A DNA stretch of 64,000 nt from Octopus sinensis. Taxonomy: Eukaryota. Positions within the stretch are counted from its first letter, which is position 1; each line of letters starts with the position of its first letter. Below are positions 24,521-37,107 of the stretch, one piece after another. Location: positions 29,016,001-29,080,000 of the forward strand of contig NC_043015.1 in assembly GCF_006345805.1 (NCBI RefSeq), written 5' to 3'. Both the position numbers and the translations under genes were made by a program. The notes beneath the pieces are model-generated. The model did not search any database, had not been told where the DNA came from, and was given only the letters and a program-made list of their open reading frames with translations.

Positions 24521-26853
24521 GGTAATGAACCTCATGTGTACGGAGCTATAACAAACCATGCACTGCCATAAAGATGGTCTCTGAGAGCGAACCACATGAA
24601 CGAGAACTCTGTAAACAAACAGCTATTGAACTGTACTCCACTTGTGGAACTTCTTCATGTTCCAGATCCTTGAAGCTACAAAAATAATTATAATGGGAAA
24701 AGGAGATACTCCACAGGTATCCATAAACCTTCCATTCCATTATAGATGTAAACACAGTGACAAACTGGGAGACACTATATATACATATATATAAATATAC
24801 ACACACCCACATGATAAACTTCTTTCAGTTTCTGTCTCCCAAATTTACTCACGAGGGTTTGGTTATAGTAGAAGACGCCTGCCCAGAGTGCCACGCATTG
24901 GGATTGAACCCAAGAACATGTGGTTGGGAAGCAAGTTTATCACACAGCCACGCATGTGCCAATAGAATTTATTTATTATTTTTTTTTTTGAAATAAATTG
25001 AAACTATTCGTTATGCAGAATTTGACAGTTCCAACTAATCTCTCAAACCCATTAATAATTATCTAATTGGTTTACCGAAAGTGTTATTTACCGATTTTGA
25101 AATGAATATTTTTTGTCGCATCTGTTTTTATTTCTGTAAGTACCATTCAGCAAACCGAATCTAACAAATTGCGACTCCAACAAATAACAGACAAATTCTC
25201 TTTCAAATCACACCAACGTGGTTACAACCAGCTTATATGGGGCCAAAAAAAGCAGGGGACACACATGGCCAGGATGGTTACAGTTGCAATACTTGTAATA
25301 GGATTAAATAGGAGCTAAACCCTAGCGATATCTTTACACCTTAGCCTTAAATAGTAAAGCTATCAACATGGTATCTCTTACAGAGTGATTATCTCCAAAG
25401 CGTATCCATAACATGATACATTAAGGAATTAGCAGATTTTTTCTTTAATTATTTAATCAAAGACCAAACAATTATTAATGTTTCGAATTATTTTTGTTGC
25501 CAAACGAATTATTTCTCGAGTTTACATTATGTTTCGGCTTTAATAAACAAACAAACATAAAAACTATTTTATTTTTTTCGACATTTTTATAGAATTCTTC
25601 AGATACATCTTTTCGTATGTTCTAAGGAATTATACAAATATTTTCGTTTGCGTTGGTTAAGGCCTGTGGTTTCCCAGTTGTGCCGACAATTTATTTCTAA
25701 TTAAAAATAATGAAAAAAAAGTCCCAAGAATTCGTAATAAACAAATGTAAACAGCAAAATCCTCCAGAACACAATTACTTCCCTCGACCATGACATCACC
25801 ATTTTTTAAAAGATACACGGTAAAAAGTTAGGCCCGAATGAATCGAGATGCGAAAAAGGAAACATTTCCACTAAATAAATGAGGAACAGTGGAGTAAAAT
25901 ATTTCCCGCCGACCCCTGTAGCAGACAAAAGAAAAGAAAGGAAACCCCGAATATGAAATGTACATTACTTGCTAAAGACTATCGAAATCTATTTCATTGA
26001 GTAAATAAATACAAATTACTATCGTCCCGTCGGTGTTTTAATTAGGGACTAATTAAACTTTTAAATTGGATAATTTCTTTTTTTTACTTCGAGCGTCTTC
26101 GCCCCATTTGAACATTTAGGGAAATTCAAAGAAATTATCACATTTACAGGACTACCTAATAATAAATAACGTGGGCCGTAAATTATTAATTCTATATCTG
26201 CAGATTCTCAGAGGTCCCCAGAATAAAAAGTAAGGTGAGATGTCGCAGACTAAGTTCTATGACTTGGGGAACATAATAATAATTAAGAAAGAAAAGGTTA
26301 CGAAAAAAAGTCCCTTCACAATTTTTAATGATACAGCACTTTAGTCGTTTCGTATACAACACCAAGTCTTTAGCTCGTTTTATTTATTCATTTAGGATAA
26401 CAAATGTTGTAAATGCAAACGATTTTCAAGGAAATCGTCGCTGCTAAGATAATAGTATCGTTAGGGGATGAAAGAAAGGGTTTTAAATTGTCCATGACGT
26501 TAAGAAATAAAGCGAAATAAATATAGGTTTTCCGCTCGAAAGATTCTAACCAAAGAAGGATGTTTTTGTAAATAATATTAGGGAGAAGAATTAGTTAGTT
26601 GATATGTATCTCGAGTGTAGTGTAATAAGTGTCTTTCTAATTACGAAATAAAAGTAATGCGACGGTGTGTAAGGAGCTACAAGTCATTCTGTAAACATTA
26701 GTCGAGATGACCAGAGAGAGATTTACGAAAGAAGCTTTTGTAATGGGTTATATTGGACGTATCTTCTGGAGCCAAATATCAAATAAAGCACAAATGTTTC
26801 GAAATGTTAGCAAGTAACAAGGGGTTTAGATTTAGATTCCGGGGAATACTTAC

Positions 26854-26875
26854 TCAAATCATCTTCGCCCGACAT
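26854..26875 (-). CDS. ECPAS: ECPAS/ECM29, putative first coding exon
   Basis: ATG TCG GGC GAA GAT GAT TTG A followed by GTAAGT (26853-26848); phase 1 matches exon 2; lies in repeat-free, CpG-retaining DNA. Confidence 0.78.
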
Positions 26876-27030
26876 CGAAATTTCACTTTTATGAAATGGT
26901 AAAGTTAACTTCTGCTAAGAGATACAAACCGTAAACGGATTCTTACAAACACACGACTGTTGCAAAAAAAACGAAAATGAGTTTGACTGTCGTAAATCCT
27001 AAGCATGTAAACCGTACAAGGTTTTAATCT
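26876..27030 (-). promoter_or_regulatory. Likely 5' UTR and proximal promoter of ECPAS
   Basis: Directly upstream of the ATG exon; many intact CpGs compared with flanking DNA; TSS not located. Confidence 0.5.
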
Positions 27031-27689
27031 GCGGTTTGTGTTATTTTCCTCCCTCTAAAATAAAGGAAATAAATAATATTTTTAATTGCAAGAATAATAA
27101 AAAGTTAGAAAGATATAATATGAGGATAATTCGCAAATTTACATTCATAGTAATCCAGCTTCCTTTAGAAATATTGATTTCTGAGCATATTAATTTAAAT
27201 ACCAATTTGAAAGGGAAGAGAGCATAAAACATTGTGGAATGATTGCTGTTTTATGGGGTTTGTCATGCTACAAAATATTGATTTCTTCTCTTTGACACAG
27301 GCCTGCAAATTTACCAAGGCAAGAAGTGCTATGGTCAGCTCGCCAATCCTTTGCTTAAACGTTTGGTACCACATATATCCTTGGCCCTGATTATAACCAA
27401 TCACCGATTGTTATGTTGTACAAAAAAAAAAAAAATCAAAGAAAATTTCCAAAAAGTTGGGCTGTCCAACATATTGTTCTTTCCACCAATCACAAGCACT
27501 GGATTTTCACCACTCAAAGAACCTTGTTGGATCATATACATTAGTTGAGATTCCTATTGTTTTACAGTCAATTGAAAGGCTACTTTACATGCATCCAAGT
27601 AAATCTTCCAGTCTTTCCATGCTTAATAAGCAGAACGGTTTTCTCACTATTTTTTAGGTCCTTGTCAGAGTGCAACAGGACTTTTATCG

Positions 27690-27852
27690 CCGAGGTCGAC
27701 TCAAATTCCACCAAGGTTGACTTTGCCTTTCATCCTTTCGGGGTCGATAAATAAAGTACCAGTTTCGCACTGGGGTCGATGTAATCGGCTTAATCCGTTT
27801 GTCCTTGTTTGTCCCCACTGTGTTTAGCCCCTTGTGGGTTGTAAAGAAATAT
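27690..27852 (+). mobile_element. SINE family B, single 3' module
   Basis: GACTTTGCCTTTCATCCTTTCGGGGTCGATAAA core. Confidence 0.8.
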
Positions 27853-27872
27853 ATATGTTTGGCTGCAATATA

Positions 27873-28282
27873 TATTTCTTTATTGCCCACAAGGGGCTAA
27901 ACATAGAGGGGACAAACAAGGACAGACAAAGGGATTAAGTCAATTACATTGACCGCCAGTGCGAAACTGGTACTTTATTTATCGACCCTGAAAGGATGAA
28001 AGGCAAAGTCGACCTCGGCGGAATTTGAACTCAGTGGCAGACGAAATGCTTATTTCTTTACTACCCATAAGGGGCTAAACACAGAGAGGACAAACAAGGA
28101 CAGACGAAGGGATTAAGTCGATTACATTGACCCCAGTACGAAACTGGTACTTTATTTATCGACCCCGAAAGAATGAAAGGCAAAGTCGACCTTGGCGGAA
28201 TTTGAACTCAGAACGTAGCGGCAGACGAAATACTGCTAAGCATTACGCCCGGCGTGCTAATGATTCTGCCAGCTCGCCGCCT
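27873..28282 (-). mobile_element. SINE family B, head plus two modules
   Basis: 15-bp TSD TTTGGCTGCAATATA at 27858-27872 and 28283-28297. Confidence 0.85.
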
Positions 28283-28970
28283 TTTGGCTGCAATATAGTG
28301 AAACAGCAATCCTCTCACAATTACTCCTCATTCTTTCTCTTTCCACTCCACATACACAGAGAGAGTACAAGGAACAGTCTCTATACAGACATGCATTCTT
28401 ATCTATCTATCTCTCTCCTACCCCTTCTCATTCTGATTTATAATATCTGATGGTACCTAAGACACACTTTTTTTCCAGCAAGTACCTCAAAAATTTACCA
28501 TGTCCTGTGTGTACAGCTTGATATCCTATAAGAATTACTGCACTAAAATCTTCTTTTCCTGAATATGTGCTGCTGAGATTGGGGTGCGTCTTTTGGAATT
28601 TGCAGTAGAATTTTAGGGATCCACGAAAACATTTTGCTTCAGACGTATTTATTGCAAGAAACAACTAGATTTCTTTCTTAAATGCTTTACAGCATGTTTG
28701 TAAAGCATGAACTATCAACAGGTTTCCAGCCTCTGCAAAAAAGGTTCTCTCAATGGTTGTTGTTGCAAACCCATACAAGTGAATGTCTGAAAAACAAAAT
28801 AAGAATTTTGAAAGACGTATCTATAAAATTAGTTTTTAAACATCAAACTGATAGGGGCTCCATCAGAGTAAAATAGTAATCAAAAGGATCCATAAGTGAA
28901 AAAACAGTTGAGAGCAACTGTTTTTTAGGCTATCAAATATGGTGATACAAACGGATATAAGTATACGTTT

Positions 28971-29391
28971 AAGGTGGCGAGCTGGCAGAATCGTTAGCAC
29001 GCCGGGCGAAATGATTAGCAGTATTTCGTCTATCTTTACGTTCTGGGTTCAAATTCCACCGAAGTCGACTTTGCCTTTCATCCTTTCGGGGTCGATAAAT
29101 TAAGTACCAGTTACGCACTGGGGTCAATGTAATCAACTTAATCCGTTCGTCTGTCCTTGTTTGTCCCCTCTGTGTTTAGACCCTTGTGGGTAGTAAAGAA
29201 ATAGGTATTTCGTCTGCCATTATGTTCTGAGTTCAAATTCCACCGAGGTCAACGTTGCCTTTCATCCTTTTGGGGTCGATAAATTAAGTACCAGTTACGC
29301 ACTGGGGGGGTCGATGTAATTGACTTAATCCGTTTGTCTGTCCTTGTTTGTCCCTTCTGTGTTTGGCCCCTTGTGGGTAGTAAAGAAATAA
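28971..29391 (+). mobile_element. SINE family B, head plus three modules
   Basis: Flanking direct repeat GATATAAGTATA at 28954 and 29392. Confidence 0.85.
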
Positions 29392-29405
29392 GATATAAGT
29401 ATATA

Positions 29406-29436
<31 letters not shown>

Positions 29437-29576
29437 CTCTCTCCCTCTCTCTCTCCCTCCCCTCTCTCTCTCCCTATTATCGATTTTTTTTCCACAGTCT
29501 GAGTATGCCATGAGGTTTCGAGACATGAGTTCCACTCATGTGGCCATGCACCAAAGTGTGAAACCATATTTCTTTA

Positions 29577-29745
29577 CCTGGTGGGAAATATCAAGTACTC
29601 CGAGGGTACTATGAGATCAACCACACTAATTATAATTTTATACATGGAGAGCAAGAACATGACTGGTTGGAGTGATGCTACCACTATCTCCTCTGGGTAG
29701 ATAAGTCTGTCCCTCAGGTCCACTTGTATCTCCCAACCAGAGGCT
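29577..29745 (-). mobile_element. Restriction-like endonuclease fragment of a HERO/NeSL-type non-LTR retrotransposon
   Basis: WEIQVDLRDRLIYPEEIVVASLQPVMFLLSMYKIIISVVDLIVPSE resembles the W...DL...L.FP..I..T.LRPD......K.....ELTVP.E motif. Confidence 0.6.
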
Positions 29746-29929
29746 GAATGCAAAATAGAAAATGAGTCCCCTACCACTGTTTCGCCCTTGGCGCTTTATC
29801 ACATTCTGTTAGGAATTTTATGCCATTTGGTAGTGGTGGTGGGGGTGACAGCAGTGGTGGTAATAGCGATGGCAACAGCAGTGGCTGCTGCTGCCGCTGC
29901 CGCTGCTGCTGCTCATTAGCCTTCACCCT

Positions 29930-30240
29930 TTGCAGGTCAGTTTATTTGGTAATTTCTGCAAGAAACTTATCAAGTCTCTATTTGTAACAACCTTCTCCCA
30001 GTGGCCGAGGGCATCTGGTTGAAATGTGGTTCAGGGCGCAAAGTGTTGCTCCACACTGCTTTCAAGGTGAGTCTTTTTTCTTTACTCCATATTTTAAGAT
30101 TGTTTGGTGTTCGCAAGAGGCGAGTGGCACCATAAGGAGGAAGGATAATCTTCCCTAATCACTGCTTCAGACAGTGCTTCCAGGACAGTGGGTGGTCAAG
30201 TGCCTGGTTTCACTGCATCCATTGATTCTGGTGGGCAATA
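29930..30240 (-). mobile_element. Possible very degenerate CR1/L2-group LINE 3' end
   Basis: YK*RLDKFLAEIT resembles the FK..LD.FL terminal motif; weak. Confidence 0.3.
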
Positions 30241-30289
30241 ATTTTTATCATCTTGTTTTAGTTTTCACATTTGTTTTGTCCCATGTCAT

Positions 30290-30353
30290 ATGTATGTATA
30301 TCAGAATGTATATATACATATACATACATATATATATATATATTATATATATA

Positions 30354-30395
<42 letters not shown>

Positions 30396-30412
30396 TTATA
30401 TATATATATATC

Positions 30413-30479
<67 letters not shown>

Positions 30480-30541
30480 CATATATATATATACATATAT
30501 ATATATATACATATATATATACATATATATATGTATATATA

Positions 30542-30583
<42 letters not shown>

Positions 30584-30676
30584 ATATATATATATTATAC
30601 ATACATATATATATATATACATATACATATATATATATACATACATATACATACATATATATATATATATACATAC

Positions 30677-30724
<48 letters not shown>

Positions 30725-30757
30725 CATATATATATATATATATTATATATATAATAT

Positions 30758-30793
<36 letters not shown>

Positions 30794-30853
30794 AATTTAT
30801 ATATATATATATTATATATTATATATATATATATAATATATATATATATAGAT

Positions 30854-30887
<34 letters not shown>

Positions 30888-30979
30888 ATATACATACATA
30901 TACATACATATATATATATATACATACATATACATATATATATATATATATATATAATAATATATATATATACATATAC

Positions 30980-31053
<74 letters not shown>

Positions 31054-31105
31054 TATTATATATAATATATATATATAATATATATATATATTAATTTATA
31101 TATAT
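30290..31105. repeat. Long imperfect (TA)n/(TACA) microsatellite
   Basis: Direct reading. Confidence 0.95.
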
Positions 31106-31595
31106 CTGAAGTGGTCTGAGACTTCCCAATCGTTATTGATAAAATATTCTATAGCTTGAGACCCTAACACTCTAAGTATTTAATAAAATACTTGTGTGTA
31201 TATAATCAATATTTTATATTGATCTGTTCAATACTTTTATATTGATTGATTCCTTTATTGTGATTTAATCAACATATAGCTATATTGGTAGAGTGTCTGG
31301 GCTATTGAAGAGTATATTGAAGAGTTGAAGGGATTTATTTAGTATCCTTTACTTTTTCATTTTTTATTTCTTTCAGCTACTGGACCATGGCTATGCTGAG
31401 GCACCACCTTGAAGAGTTTTAATCAAGCAAATCCACCCCGGTTCTTACTTTTTAAAGTCATTTATGTTGAACCTCTATGTTATGGGAATATAAACAAACC
31501 AACACCTGCTGTCAAGCAGCAGTAGAGAACAAACACACACACATATAGATACATACATATATATATGTGTGTGTATGTATATATATATATATATA

Positions 31596-31903
31596 TCACC
31601 GTGATCACCGTGACCGACCAGGCTATCAGATGTTGCTCCACATCGCTGATCACAATGCGTTTCGCATTGTTTTAGCCTTCAAATGACGCCACCCCACTGG
31701 CTAAGCGAGCAGGCCAACAGAAGAAAGAGTGAGAGAAAGTTGTGGCGAAAGAGTACAGCAGGGATCGCCACCATCCCCTGCCGGAGCCTCGTGGAAATTT
31801 AGGTGTTTTTGCTCAATAAACACTCACAACGCCCGGTCTGGGAATCAAAGCCACGATCCTACAACCATGAGTCCGCTGCCCTGACAATTGGGCCATTGCG
31901 TCT
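31596..31903 (-). mobile_element. SINE family C with alternative 3' tail
   Basis: Head shared with 10544; tail ends in GGTCACGGTGATCACGGTGAT. Confidence 0.8.
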
Positions 31904-31918
31904 CCACACACACACACA

Positions 31919-31956
<38 letters not shown>

Positions 31957-32384
31957 TGTTGCTATTATGCAAAAGTGTTGTAACTGCAAAATGTTGCTTT
32001 ATCAGAAAACGAAAGAATAGTTTCACCATTTCATAGCAAAACCGTTGTACTACACTTTAAAAATTTTTTATATCTTGGCATCTGAAGCAGTTGGAGAGAC
32101 AGAAGTTTGACCAAAAGTACCGGCTATTGCAAGCAAAAATAAATATCAAAAACAACGCATTTGGCCAAATTTGGACATACGATAGCCTCCAGCTACCAAA
32201 TCCACTCACAATGCTTTAGTCAACCCAAGTTTACAGTAGAAGACCATTGCCCAAAGTACCACACAGTAGGACTGAACCTAAGACCACATAGTTAGGAAGC
32301 AAACTTCTTGACCACACAACCACTGATTAAAAATATTCAATCCCTGCTGGTAAGAAAATGCAGAGGTCACAGGTAAACATATAA

Positions 32385-32715
32385 ACATCGGCATGGAAGC
32401 CAGTCGATGCCAGCGCTGCCTTGACTGGCTTCCGTGCCAGTGGCACGTAAAAAGCACCAACCGAATGTGGGCGTTGCCAGCCTCGTCTGGCACCTGTGCC
32501 AGTGGCATGTAAAAAGCACCCACTACACTCTCGGAGTGGTTGGCGTTAGGAAGGGCATCCAGCTGTAGAAACACTGCCAGATCAGACTGGAGCCTGGTGC
32601 AGCCTCCTGGCTTCCCAGACACCGGTTGAACCGTCCAACCCATGCTAGCACGGAAAACGGACGTTAAACGATGATGATGATGATGATGATGATGGTGGTG
32701 GTGATGATGATGATA

Positions 32716-32751
<36 letters not shown>

Positions 32752-32752
32752 T
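32385..32752 (+). mobile_element. 3' UTR of the (GAT)n-tailed family with a long tail
   Basis: Conserved block followed by about 80 bp of GAT/GGT repeat. Confidence 0.8.
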
Positions 32753-33611
32753 CATTGACAAAGATCAAGCCACAGTAATATAAATTGTTTTGATTCTTTT
32801 GGCCAATCCCCTAATTTAAAATATCGCCTTGTTTGTATCCAAGTTAAATAAATCACTATTTTGTAAGCGTATTGTCTGTTCTTAATGCAATTAATTGGCC
32901 AGTTGACTTCACTAATTAAGTAGTTTAGTTTACTTAATTATCCGACTACATTGTTAAGTTTACACACTGCCTTTAGGACATGGGAAAAGAATCGTCATTA
33001 ACCAGGGATGCAAGCATAGTTGTTAGGTCAAGTAGTTTGTTTAGAGTTTTGTGGTTTCAGGTTTGATTCCTCTTTGTGACATCTCTTTGTTAAATGTCTT
33101 TTTAATATTATCATGTTCACCAATGCTTTCTGAATGAAAGTTGGTAGGTGGAAACTGCTTAGAAACCAGTTGTGTATACACACACACACACACCACCACC
33201 ACCACCACCACCACCACACATCTTATAATAATTCTGCTTGTCATTACGTTACTTAGCCTGTTGGTAACGCTTTTCAAGCAATTAGAAAAAAGAGGGGGAA
33301 AGACAAGAGAGAGAGAAGCATTCATGAGGTGAGGTAGAGGGAATATAATTGTAACACTTTCAAGTGATTAGTTGAAGGGAAACAGGGGAGAAAGAAAAAG
33401 GAGAGAGAAAAAGAGGATAGAGCGAAGAGTGAGATAAAAAGGTAGAGAGAGAGGAAAAGAGTGTTCATGACATGTGGTAGGTGGAACGTAATAGTTATTA
33501 TGTAGTTAAAAAAGTTAGTTGAAGGAAGTGATATAGAGAGAAAGAGAGTTAGTAATATAATTTTAGCAGAGGAGTGATGTTCTCATGGTGACGTTAAAGA
33601 AAAGCAGAGAG

Positions 33612-34000
33612 AGGCGCAGGAGTGGCTGTGTGGTAAGTAGCTTGCTTACCAACCACATGGTTCTGGGTTCGGTCCCACTGCGTGGCACCTTCTACTATAG
33701 CCACAGACTGACCAAAGCCTTGTGAGTGGATTTGGTAGACGGAAACTGAAAGAAGCCTGTCATATATATGTATATATATGTGTGCGTGTGTGTGGGTTTG
33801 TGTGTCTGTGTTTGTCCCCCTAGCATTGCTTGACAACCGATGCTGGTCTGTTTACGTCCCTGTCACTTAGCGGTTTGGCAAAAGAGACCGATAGAATAAG
33901 TACTGGGCTTACAAAGAATAAGTCTGGGTTGATTTGCTCGACTAAAGGCGGTGCTCCAGCATGGCTGCAGTCAAATGACTGAAACAGGTAAAAGAGTAAA
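33612..34000 (+). mobile_element. SINE family A
   Basis: Head to GTAAAAGAGTAAAA tail. Confidence 0.85.
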
Positions 34001-34171
34001 AAACTATATATGTATGCGACTGGCTTCATTCATTTTCTATCTACCAAGTCCACTTAGAATGCATTAGCAGGCCTAGAGCTGGACCAAGGTGACATGCAGT
34101 GGGACTGAACCTGAAACCATGTGGTTGGGAAGTAAACTTCTCGACAACACAGCCACAGCTGTGTCTATACA

Positions 34172-34575
34172 CATACTCTTTTACTTGTTTCAGTCATTTG
34201 ACTGTGGCTATGCTGGAGCACTGCCTTTAGTCGAGCAATTCGACCCCAGGGCTTATTCTTTGTAAGCCTAGTACTTATTCTATTGGGGTCTTTTGCCGAA
34301 CCGCTAAGTGACGGGGACGTAAACACCAGCATCGGTTGTCAAGTGATGTTGGGGGGACAAACACAGACACACAAACATATACACACACATACACACACAT
34401 ATATATATATATATATATACATATATATGACGGGCTTCTTTCAGTTTCCGTCTACCAAATCCACTCACAAGGCTTTGGTCGACCCGAGGCTATAGAAGAA
34501 GACACTTGCCCAAGGTGTCACGCAGTGGGACTGAACCCGGAACCATGTGGCTGGTAAACAAGCTACTTACCACAC
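34172..34575 (-). mobile_element. SINE family A-related composite; tail part reads on minus, later part on plus
   Basis: TACTCTTTTACTTGTTTCAGTC start followed by family A body sequence. Confidence 0.7.
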
Positions 34576-34639
34576 TGCCAAACACACTATCAAAGTGTTA
34601 CAACACTGGCCCCATACACACACACACACATTCATATAT

Positions 34640-34860
34640 ATATATCTTTACTGCCCACAAGAGGGGACAAACAAGGAAAGACAAATGGATTCAGTCGATT
34701 AGATCGACCCCAGTGCGTAACTGGTACTTAATTTATTGACCCCGAAAGGATGAAAGGCAAAGTTGACCTCGGCGGAATTTGAACCCAGAACGTAACGGCA
34801 GACGAAATACGGCTACGCATTTCGCCTGGCGTGCTAACATTTCTGCCAGCTCGCCACCTT
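34640..34860 (-). mobile_element. SINE family B
   Basis: Head and module on the minus strand. Confidence 0.8.
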
Positions 34861-35189
34861 ACACACACTCATATACGCAGATAAGTACACTGTTGAAAAG
34901 TTACAATCCACACAGCATCTATCAATCTATACATACATACATGCATACATACATACATATTCTCAGATTAAAGCAGTCATAAATTTATCACACACACACA
35001 CACACTCACACATACATTTGCACAGGTCTACATGATTAAAATTGAATTTTTAAAAAACACCCCTCCCCTCCCTTCTCATTCTGCTTACCTCGACACCCTC
35101 ATCTTCTTCATCCTCTTCTTCATCCTCACTTGTCACAACTAAATATTATTACTATCACTCTACCAACCCTTTACTAAGAATACTACCAC

Positions 35190-35218
35190 ATTATTATTAT
35201 TATTATTATTATTATTAA

Positions 35219-35276
<58 letters not shown>

Positions 35277-35437
35277 ATTATTATTATTATTATCGTTATT
35301 ATTAATATTATTATTATTATTATCGTTATTATTAATATTATTATTATTATTATCGTTATTATTAATATTATTATTATTATCATTATCATCATCATCATCA
35401 TCATCATTATATTATCATTATTATTTTATACTATTAC

Positions 35438-35469
<32 letters not shown>

Positions 35470-35537
35470 ATTATTATCATATTATTATTATTATATTTTA
35501 TTAATACTATTATTATTATTATTATTATTATTATATC

Positions 35538-35595
<58 letters not shown>

Positions 35596-35660
35596 CTATT
35601 ATTATTAATATTATTATTATTATTATTATTTATATTATCATTATTATTATTATCATTATA

Positions 35661-35706
<46 letters not shown>

Positions 35707-35725
35707 ATTTTATTATTATTAGTTA

Positions 35726-35765
<40 letters not shown>

Positions 35766-35824
35766 ATTATTATTATTATTATTAATATTTTATTATATTA
35801 TTAATATTATCATTATTATTATTA

Positions 35825-35861
<37 letters not shown>

Positions 35862-35870
35862 CATTATTTT
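35190..35870. repeat. Long (ATT)n microsatellite with a ~30-bp higher-order unit
   Basis: Direct reading; ATTATTATTATCGTTATTATTAAT unit repeated around 35280-35370. Confidence 0.95.
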
Positions 35871-36119
35871 TGTTAAACGTCCTACCTCCTACCCCTTCAT
35901 GAAGCTTTTGATATTAACATCACCTCCTCCATCTACCTTGATTCCTCTCCTCATCCTTCTTCCTTTTGTTGTTGATGTTAGTTTTTCATCAGTGGTTGTG
36001 GTCCCAACACTTTTGTCTCTGTTGAGTCTATATTTATCAACATTACATGGCAGTCAAGTGAAAAATACTTTTACTTTCTATGTGTCGGCTGCACAAACAC
36101 AAACATGAAATTATTTTAA

Positions 36120-36148
36120 TTATATATGTGTGTGTGTATATATATACA

Positions 36149-36201
<53 letters not shown>

Positions 36202-36297
36202 TTCACAATTTAGATTATATATATTATATATATATATAATATATATATATATATCTATGTATTATTATGTATATATATATATATGTATGTATGTATG

Positions 36298-36347
<50 letters not shown>

Positions 36348-36348
36348 A

Positions 36349-36387
<39 letters not shown>

Positions 36388-36545
36388 GGTATTATATATC
36401 TATATATATATATATATATATGTATGCATATATATATATATATATTATTTATTTTATATATATGTATGTATGTATGTATATATATATATATATATGTATA
36501 TGTATGTATGTATGTATATATATCTATATATATATATATATATAA
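36120..36545. repeat. (TA)n/(TATG) microsatellite
   Basis: Direct reading. Confidence 0.95.
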
Positions 36546-37107
36546 TATGCACATATTTGTATTGAAAACACCTGTATTCTACTTCTATATTTTGTTATCA
36601 ATTTTATTTTTTTTACATATTTTCCATATTTTCTCAATTTTATTTTATCGTATTTATGTATGAGTTCCTTGCTGTTTTGTTTGGAACTTTAAAATATCCA
36701 ATTCCATCATCAATGTTTCTAGGCTTTCATCATCTCAACTTTCAGATGAAACGAAGCTGATGTGTTGCTATGTCTTAATAGTAGACTGGGCCATTGTGAT
36801 TGGTGAAGGCTTCATCACTGGAATTAAAATTTCTGATAGATTTATATGTTGTCAGTTAGGCGTTTAATTTTGTTTGTGATTACTCTATGTTACCTGTGTG
36901 TTTGTCTGAGTATTGTGCTGTGTTATTAGTATTGCTTCAACCATTAATCCACTGTTTCTGTTGGGGATTCGAAATAGTATTGATGTATTGTTTGCTAATG
37001 TTTTCCTATGTAGCTCTATTTTGTTTTTGTGTGTTATAGAGCATTACAATTGCCGCTATTTGTAAGCATCTAGTGAACCAGCAAAAAAGGGTCATACTTA
37101 CTTGTAT

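Noticed and set aside
24535-24680. 3' LTR of the gypsy element (TG...CA)
   Set aside because: No matching 5' LTR, polypurine tract or PBS could be found
29577-29743. Host exon with good acceptor and donor
   Set aside because: The only open frame resembles a retrotransposon restriction-like endonuclease
30174-31050. Long YI-rich ORFs (also 36080-36663, 40873-42328, 53072-54109, 61955-62575)
   Set aside because: Translations of simple repeats that lack stop codons
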